Assembly: GCA_964640435.1 (NCBI GenBank)
Contig: CAZXFJ010000001.1
Span: 64,542-128,541 of the forward strand
DNA length: 64,000 nt
Direction of reading: 5' to 3'
From: an uncultured Gammaproteobacteria bacterium
Lineage (GTDB): Bacteria; Patescibacteriota; Microgenomatia; Levybacterales; GWA1-39-11
Positions 58,305 to 64,000 of the stretch are shown in pieces. How positions within the stretch are numbered: position 1 is the first letter of the stretch; each line of letters opens with the position of its first letter. The position numbers and the translations under genes were made by a program. Under the pieces are notes generated by a model. It did no database searches. It worked only from the letters and a program-made list of their open reading frames with translations, and was not told where the DNA came from.

Positions 58305-59591
58305 ATGAAGCAAGCGTTATCGCTTTTTAAGGCCACATTTCGCGACTCAGAAACTCGCAAAAAAATATTAATTGTTTTAGGAATTTTTCTTATCTTCAGA
58401 TTTTTTGCACACATCCCAGTATCAGGAGTAGACATTGCTCAGCTTAAAGCTCTTTTTGCCCAAAACCAATTACTCGGACTTCTTGATATTTTCTCAGGAG
58501 GAACATTGTCAAACTTCTCAATTTTGGCTATCGGACTTGGTCCTTATATCTACGCTTCTATCGTTTTGCAGCTTTTAACAATTGTTTATCCAAAGCTTGA
58601 AGAGCTTCAAAAAGAGGGTGAATATGGTCGACAAAAAATTAATCAATATACTAGATTTCTAACTATTCCACTCGCTATCGTTCAGTCATTTGGTATGTAT
58701 GTTTTGCTTCGAAACCAGCAATTAATAGCAAACCTTGATGTATTTGGAGTAATAACATTTATTCTTACGATGACCGCTGGAACTATGTTCTTAATGTGGC
58801 TTGGAGAATTAATATCAGAGCAGAAAATTGGTAACGGTATTTCTCTTCTTATTTTTGCTGGAATAGTTGAGCGTATTCCGATTGTTGCATGGCAAACACT
58901 TACAACAGTTAACTCTCAAGATATATTTAATTTAATTATATTTGCTATTCTTGGTGTAATAGTTATTGCATCAATTGTATTTGTAAATGAGGCTGTAAGA
59001 CGTGTGCCAATTTACTATGCGAAGCGTGTTCGTGGAGGTAAAACTTACGGTGGTCAATCAACTCATTTACCTTTGAAAATCAATCAATCTGGAGTTATTC
59101 CAATAATCTTTGCTGTATCAATAGTTCTACTTCCTTCACTTATTTCAGGTTACTTAGTGGCAAGTCCAAATAAAACATTTGAAGCAGTAGGTACATTTCT
59201 TTCTACGAACTTTAATCCTGATAGTTTGGGTTATAACGCGGTTTACTTTTTGCTTGTCGTTGGATTTACATACTTTTACACGGCTGTTGTATTCAATCCC
59301 CAGAAGGTATCAGAAGAAATTCAAAAATATGGTGGTTTTATTCCTGGAATCCGTCCAGGTAAGGCAACGGCTTCTTACCTTAATTACATAACAACAAGAA
59401 TAACTCTTCCGGGAGCTCTTTTCTTAGGTATTATTGCAATTTTACCTGCAATTGTTAAAGCATTCACTGGGGTAACGACTCTTCTTGTTGGAGGAACTAG
59501 TATTTTGATTGTGGTTTCAGTTGTTATTGAAACTATTAAAATTCTGGAAGTACAGGTTGTTAATCGCAATTACGAAAGGTTTATTGACTAA
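58305..59591 (+). CDS. secY: Preprotein translocase SecY
   Basis: [26 protein letters not shown] and [10 protein letters not shown]. Confidence 0.99.
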   Translation: MKQALSLFKATFRDSETRKKILIVLGIFLIFRFFAHIPVSGVDIAQLKALFAQNQLLGLLDIFSGGTLSNFSILAIGLGPYIYASIVLQLLTIVYPKLEELQKEGEYGRQKINQYTRFLTIPLAIVQSFGMYVLLRNQQLIANLDVFGVITFILTMTAGTMFLMWLGELISEQKIGNGISLLIFAGIVERIPIVAWQTLTTVNSQDIFNLIIFAILGVIVIASIVFVNEAVRRVPIYYAKRVRGGKTYGGQSTHLPLKINQSGVIPIIFAVSIVLLPSLISGYLVASPNKTFEAVGTFLSTNFNPDSLGYNAVYFLLVVGFTYFYTAVVFNPQKVSEEIQKYGGFIPGIRPGKATASYLNYITTRITLPGALFLGIIAILPAIVKAFTGVTTLLVGGTSILIVVSVVIETIKILEVQVVNRNYERFID

Positions 59592-60128
59592 GTGAAAATA
59601 ATTCTAATTGGTATTCAAGGCTCCGGTAAATCTACACAAGGAAATTTATTAAAAGAAAAATTAAACATACCATACTTATCTACAGGGCATATTTTCAGAG
59701 AACTTGCAAAAGAACATGATGCACTTGGTCGTTATATTAAGGAAACAATAAATGCTGGATATTTAATAGATGATGATAAAACACTTGAGATAGTTGAGGA
59801 ATACCTAAAGCGCCCAGAATATGTTAACGGATATATTTTAGATGGATTTCCAAGAACAGCACCTCAGGCTGAAAAATTCGGAAATGGAATAGATCACGCA
59901 ATATATATAAAGGTTTCAGATGAGGAAGCTTTAAAGCGTTTATCTTTTAGAAACGATGGAAGAGCAGATGACGCATCGCCTGCTTTAAAAATGAGAATTG
60001 AATTATTTCATAAATTCACGGAGCCAGTTCTAGATTTTTATAAAAATAAAGGAATGTTGACAGAGATTGATGGTGAAAAATCAATTGAGGAAACTCATCA
60101 AGAAATTTGTGAGGCTTTAAATATTTAA
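59592..60128 (+). CDS. adk: Adenylate kinase (short type)
   Basis: GIQGSGKSTQ, STGHIFR, LDGFPRT and GRADD; GTG start. Confidence 0.93.
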   Translation: MKIILIGIQGSGKSTQGNLLKEKLNIPYLSTGHIFRELAKEHDALGRYIKETINAGYLIDDDKTLEIVEEYLKRPEYVNGYILDGFPRTAPQAEKFGNGIDHAIYIKVSDEEALKRLSFRNDGRADDASPALKMRIELFHKFTEPVLDFYKNKGMLTEIDGEKSIEETHQEICEALNI

Positions 60129-60129
60129 T

Positions 60130-60888
60130 ATGGATACAGTAAAAATAGAAAAAATGACTCGTGCTGGAAAGATCCTTGGAGAGGTAATGGATGAGATAGT
60201 AAAATTTGTTAAACCTGGGGTAACAGAGCTTGATATAGATCGATTTGCAGAAAGTGAAATCGTTAAACGAGGTGGAAAGCCAGGATTTAAGAAGGTTCCA
60301 GGTTATCACCATACAATTTGTATATCAGTAAATGATGTTGTTGTGCATGGAATTCCAACAGATAGAGTAATTTCTGAAGGAGATATTGTTGGAGTTGATT
60401 GTGGTGTATATCTTGATGGATACCACACAGATATGGCTGAAACTATAAACCTCAATAGGGACTCAGAAGAAATTAAGAAATTCTTAAAAGCTGGAAAAGA
60501 CGCAATGTTTGCCGGAATTGCCCAAGTTAAAGCCGGAAATCGTGTTGGTCAAATCTCTCAAGCAATGCAGGGAAAAATTGAGGGGCCAGGGTATGCAGTT
60601 GTTAAGAGTCTTGTTGGACATGGTGTTGGAAAAGAACTTCATGAAGAGCCTGAAATTCCAGGGTATTTGGCTATGAAAATGGAAAAGACACCCGTTCTTA
60701 GAGCCGGAATGACCATCGCAATCGAAATTATCTACAATATGGGCAGTCCAGAGGTCACATACACAGAAGATGATGATTGGACAATTGTTACTCAGGACGA
60801 GAGTCTTTCAGGGCTTTTTGAGCGTACAGTTCTCGTTACAGACACAGGTTTTGAGCTAATAACGAGGCTCTCGGGCGATAAGCTTTAG
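60130..60888 (+). CDS. map: Methionine aminopeptidase type I
   Basis: SVNDVVVHGIP, DGYHTD, GHGVG..LHEEP and FERTV. Confidence 0.96.
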   Translation: MDTVKIEKMTRAGKILGEVMDEIVKFVKPGVTELDIDRFAESEIVKRGGKPGFKKVPGYHHTICISVNDVVVHGIPTDRVISEGDIVGVDCGVYLDGYHTDMAETINLNRDSEEIKKFLKAGKDAMFAGIAQVKAGNRVGQISQAMQGKIEGPGYAVVKSLVGHGVGKELHEEPEIPGYLAMKMEKTPVLRAGMTIAIEIIYNMGSPEVTYTEDDDWTIVTQDESLSGLFERTVLVTDTGFELITRLSGDKL

Positions 60889-60905
60889 GTCGTGGCTAGA
60901 TAGGC

Positions 60906-60934
60906 TTGCAAGCTTACGCTCAATTTGATAAAAT
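60906..60934 (+). promoter_or_regulatory. infA promoter
   Basis: TTGCAA (60906-11), 17 bp, TAAAAT (60929-34) with extended TG. Confidence 0.7.
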
Positions 60935-60946
60935 AAGCCTTAAGTA

Positions 60947-61165
60947 ATGGCGCATTCTGGAGCAATTGAGGTTGAAGGAGTGGTAAAAGAAGTTTTACCA
61001 AATACTTTGTTCCGAGTTGAAATTGAAGGTGGAAGGGTCGTTTTGTGTCACTTGTCAGGAAAAATGAGAATTCATTTTATTAAAATCCTGCCAGGAGACC
61101 GCGTAAGAATTGAGATGACCCCTTACGACCGTGAACGCGGTAGAATCACCTACAGAGTGCGATAA
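60947..61165 (+). CDS. infA: Translation initiation factor IF-1
   Basis: [18 protein letters not shown] and GRITYR. Confidence 0.98.
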   Translation: MAHSGAIEVEGVVKEVLPNTLFRVEIEGGRVVLCHLSGKMRIHFIKILPGDRVRIEMTPYDRERGRITYRVR

Positions 61166-61180
61166 TTTTTTTTCACAAAT

Positions 61181-61570
61181 ATGCGTGTTGTTGGAGTAAA
61201 TTTACCAGATAATAAAAGAGTTGATATTGCGCTTACCTACATATATGGAGTAGGAAGATCAAACGTGTATCAAATTCTTGAGAAGGCTCAAATTAAGCCT
61301 GAAACAAGACTAAATACGTTAACAGAAGATGATTTGGGTAAGATTCAGAAAGCTCTTGAAACATACAAAATTGAAGGAGACTTAAGAGCTGATGTTGCCG
61401 GAGATGTTAAAAGACTCCGCGAAATTAGCTCATACAGAGGTAATAGACACACAAAAAGCCTACCAGTTCGTGGTCAAAGAACACGTTCAAATGCTCGTAC
61501 AAAGCGTGGAAAGCGTGTCACAATCGGAGCTATTAAGAAAGAAGACGCAGCAAAGGTAGCAGGAAAATAA
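61181..61570 (+). CDS. rpsM: 30S ribosomal protein S13
   Basis: LTYIYGVG and LPVRGQRTRSNARTKRG. Confidence 0.98.
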   Translation: MRVVGVNLPDNKRVDIALTYIYGVGRSNVYQILEKAQIKPETRLNTLTEDDLGKIQKALETYKIEGDLRADVAGDVKRLREISSYRGNRHTKSLPVRGQRTRSNARTKRGKRVTIGAIKKEDAAKVAGK

Positions 61571-61571
61571 T

Positions 61572-61970
61572 ATGGCAAACAATAAAAAAGTAACAGTAAA
61601 AAGTAAAGCAAAAAAAATTGCATCCATGGAAACGGGTAGAATTTACGTGTCTACCACTTTCAACAACACAATCGTTACAATTACAAACGAAAAAGGTGAT
61701 GCTGTTTCTTGGTCTTCATCAGGAAATATGGGTTTTAAAGGTACACGTAAGAGTACTCCCTTTGCAGCAACATCAGCTGTTGAAGAAGCAATTAAAAAAG
61801 TACGAGAAACAGGACTTTCTACAGTTGAAGTATATATTAAAGGTCCAGGTGTAGGACGTGATGCAGCACTTCGTGCTGTTAGAAACTCTGGTCTATCAAT
61901 TTCTATGATAGCTGACATCACACCGATCCCACACAATGGTCCAACTGTAAAGAAAAAGAGAAGAGTTTAA
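61572..61970 (+). CDS. rpsK: 30S ribosomal protein S11
   Basis: TFNNTIVT, RKSTPFAA and TPIPHNG. Confidence 0.98.
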   Translation: MANNKKVTVKSKAKKIASMETGRIYVSTTFNNTIVTITNEKGDAVSWSSSGNMGFKGTRKSTPFAATSAVEEAIKKVRETGLSTVEVYIKGPGVGRDAALRAVRNSGLSISMIADITPIPHNGPTVKKKRRV

Positions 61971-61974
61971 TAAT

Positions 61975-62574
61975 ATGGCAAAATATAACGGTCCAAAACA
62001 CAAATTAGCAAGAAGAGAAGGAGTAAATATACTCGGTAAAACTTCTGCGTCACTTGATAGAAGAATCAATGTTCTTCCAGGTTCAAATAGTAAAAGACGC
62101 CCTAGAAAGCCTTCAGAATATGGGATGCAACTTCGTGAAAAACAAAAGCTTAAGAGAATTTATGGTCTACTTGAGAAGCAATTCAGAAAGTATGTTTTCT
62201 CAGCACAAAAGAAAAAGATTAACACAGAAGATGCACTAGTTCAGCTTCTTGAAACACGTCTTGATAACATCGTTTATAGACTTGGTCTAGCAAAAACAAG
62301 ACCACAGGCTCGTCAATTTGTTGGACACAGACTCGTTTTGGTTAATGGTAAAAAGGTAAATATTCCATCTTTTGAAGTACAGGAGAATGATGTAATTACA
62401 GTTGTTCCAAAACTTGCAACAGAAGACCTAAAAACAAGGCTAGCAGAAGAAAAAGACATGCCAAGTTTTGTATCTCGAGAGAACCTTGCTGGAAAGCTTT
62501 TAAGGCTCCCAACTAAGGACGATGTGGCAAATCCAGTAGATTATCAGTTAGTTATTGAATTTTACTCTCGATAA
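61975..62574 (+). CDS. rpsD: 30S ribosomal protein S4
   Basis: SEYGMQLREKQK, LETRLDNIVYRLG and IEFYSR. Confidence 0.98.
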   Translation: MAKYNGPKHKLARREGVNILGKTSASLDRRINVLPGSNSKRRPRKPSEYGMQLREKQKLKRIYGLLEKQFRKYVFSAQKKKINTEDALVQLLETRLDNIVYRLGLAKTRPQARQFVGHRLVLVNGKKVNIPSFEVQENDVITVVPKLATEDLKTRLAEEKDMPSFVSRENLAGKLLRLPTKDDVANPVDYQLVIEFYSR

Positions 62575-62605
62575 TGGTAAAATAACTTTTTGGTTAAGCA
62601 TAATC

Positions 62606-63535
62606 ATGGCAAATTTAAACTTTAAAACAATTGAAGAAAAGACAGAAGCAGGTTACGCACGATTTGTAATCGAGCCACTAGAGCCTGGTTTTGGACAAAC
62701 ATTAGGAGTAGCACTTCGACGCGTACTTCTTACAAATATCAATGGAGCAGCTGTAACAAGCGTTAAAATTGATGGAGTAAAACACCTTTTCTCAACACTT
62801 CCAGGTCTTAAAGAAGATATTATTGAACTCGTTCTTAATATCAAAACACTTCGTGTAAAGCTCGCTGATGGAGTAGATGAAGCAAGTATCTCACTTTCTG
62901 CAACAGGTCCTGGAGAAGTTACAGCAAAGCAAATTGAGGTTTCAGAAGGCGTAGAGATTGTAGACCCTAGCCACTACCTTGGTTCACTTTCAGACAAAAA
63001 ATCAAAACTTAACATCGAAATGACAGTTGAGCGTGGAATGGGTTACTCACTTGCAGAAGACAGAAAAATTTCTACAGTTGGAATTATTCCAATTGATGCA
63101 ATATTCTCACCAATCTTAAGAGTTAACTACAAAGTTGAACAAACACGTGTTGGAAGACAAACAAACTTTGACAAACTTATTCTTGAAATCTGGACAGATC
63201 AAACAATTGAAGCAAAGACAGCGCTTACACAAGCTGCTAAGATTTTAGTTTCATACTTCCATCAAGTATTTGAACCAAATGCAGAAATTGTTGAAGGTGA
63301 TAAGGCAGTAGCAGCAAGCTCAGGATTTTCAGACGAAGTTCTAAAAATGACTATTGATGAACTAGATCTTCCTACAAGAATCTACAATTCACTCAGAAAT
63401 GCAGGAATTGAAACTGTTGCAGACATGCTTAACACCCCAAAGAAAGAATTAATGGGTTACCGCAATCTTGGAGCTAAATCACTTTCTATTATTGAGGAAG
63501 CGATGCAAGCTCGTGGAATTGACCTTACTTTCTAA
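62606..63535 (+). CDS. rpoA: DNA-directed RNA polymerase alpha subunit
   Basis: EPLEPGFGQTLGVALRRVLL, IDAIFSPI and CTD NLGAKSL; start at the ATG at 62606. Confidence 0.98.
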   Translation: MANLNFKTIEEKTEAGYARFVIEPLEPGFGQTLGVALRRVLLTNINGAAVTSVKIDGVKHLFSTLPGLKEDIIELVLNIKTLRVKLADGVDEASISLSATGPGEVTAKQIEVSEGVEIVDPSHYLGSLSDKKSKLNIEMTVERGMGYSLAEDRKISTVGIIPIDAIFSPILRVNYKVEQTRVGRQTNFDKLILEIWTDQTIEAKTALTQAAKILVSYFHQVFEPNAEIVEGDKAVAASSGFSDEVLKMTIDELDLPTRIYNSLRNAGIETVADMLNTPKKELMGYRNLGAKSLSIIEEAMQARGIDLTF

Positions 63536-63570
63536 TTTTTAAAATAGAAAAAGGTTTATATTTTAAATAT

Positions 63571-63598
63571 GGCGTCCAAGAGTAGGCGCCTTTTTATT
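63571..63598 (+). terminator. Terminator-like hairpin between rpoA and rplQ
   Basis: GGCGTC-caagagta-GGCGCC followed by TTTTTATT. Confidence 0.65.
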
Positions 63599-63603
63599 AG
63601 AAA

Positions 63604-64000
63604 ATGAGAAAACAAATTTTTGGAAGAAGATTAAAAAGAGACATCAATGAGCGAAAAGCTTTATTTCGTGGTTTAATGAGCTCACTGGTTTTACATGGTA
63701 AAATAACTACAAGTGAAGCAAAGGCTAAATCAATTAAAGCTGACGTTGATAAGCTTATTACTTATGCAAAAAATGATAAGACTAATGCAAAAAGACTCAT
63801 TTTAATGCGTATTCCAAGTGAGCAGATTGCAGACAAAATCATTGCAGATATTGCTCCAAAGTTTACTAATCGTCCAGGTGGATACACGAGAATTTTAAAA
63901 CTTGGTGAGAGAAAGAAAGATGGCTCAAGACAAGTTCTTATGACTTGGACTGAGACAGTTACTGCAACAAGCTTTGTAGAGCCAAAAAGAAATGAAGGTA
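63604..64000 (+). CDS. rplQ: 50S ribosomal protein L17 (runs off the window end; not in ORF track)
   Basis: MRKQIFGRRLKR...ITTSEAKAK...DKLIT...RPGGYTRILKLG. Confidence 0.96.
   Translation, partial: MRKQIFGRRLKRDINERKALFRGLMSSLVLHGKITTSEAKAKSIKADVDKLITYAKNDKTNAKRLILMRIPSEQIADKIIADIAPKFTNRPGGYTRILKLGERKKDGSRQVLMTWTETVTATSFVEPKRNEG

Noticed and set aside
47287-63590. Shared short strings in leader hairpins (CCAAGAG in tuf and rplQ; CTTCGAG in fusA and rplC)
   Set aside because: These are seven-base matches in only two elements each, and UUCG-containing loops are generically common; not supportable without comparative data.
1-64000. Alternative genetic code (TGA=Gly, as in Gracilibacteria/Absconditabacteria)
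   Set aside because: Conserved genes translate full-length under code 11, and TGA terminates rnj at its expected end.

Overview
Core-genome window from an AT-rich bacterium using the standard genetic code (TGA is a stop at 1407-1409; Trp is TGG). It is very probably a Patescibacteria/CPR member, and protein styles suggest Microgenomates (inference; rpmD/uL30 is absent from its usual place between rpsE and rplO). Order: rnj-ftsK-rodZ-like, yvcK, nth, an RND efflux pair, a short alaS, a cell-envelope block (baseplate-J-like membrane protein, sortase, AMP/thymidine phosphorylase, GT-C glycosyltransferase, mltG), rpoB-rpoC, a str operon broken up by about 20 inserted genes (including ATP-citrate lyase aclBA, murB and a Met-rich protein/DipZ/MsrB redox module), then the S10-spc-alpha cluster to a partial rplQ. 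I found no rRNA, tRNA, CRISPR array or mobile element. The most unusual signals are regulatory or architectural. (i) A leader peptide with terminator/antiterminator lies upstream of rplC. (ii) Terminator-like hairpins precede rpoB, fusA, tuf, rpsJ, rplC and rplQ, but none sit at convergent gene ends. (iii) rplE and rpsN form one in-frame ORF. (iv) rpmJ has moved between rplX and rplE. (v) The rpsL and rplC promoters share a 10-bp spacer motif. (vi) Leaderless promoters and TAA-T-ATG junctions are pervasive. All calls come from reading the sequence by eye; no database search or folding program was run.
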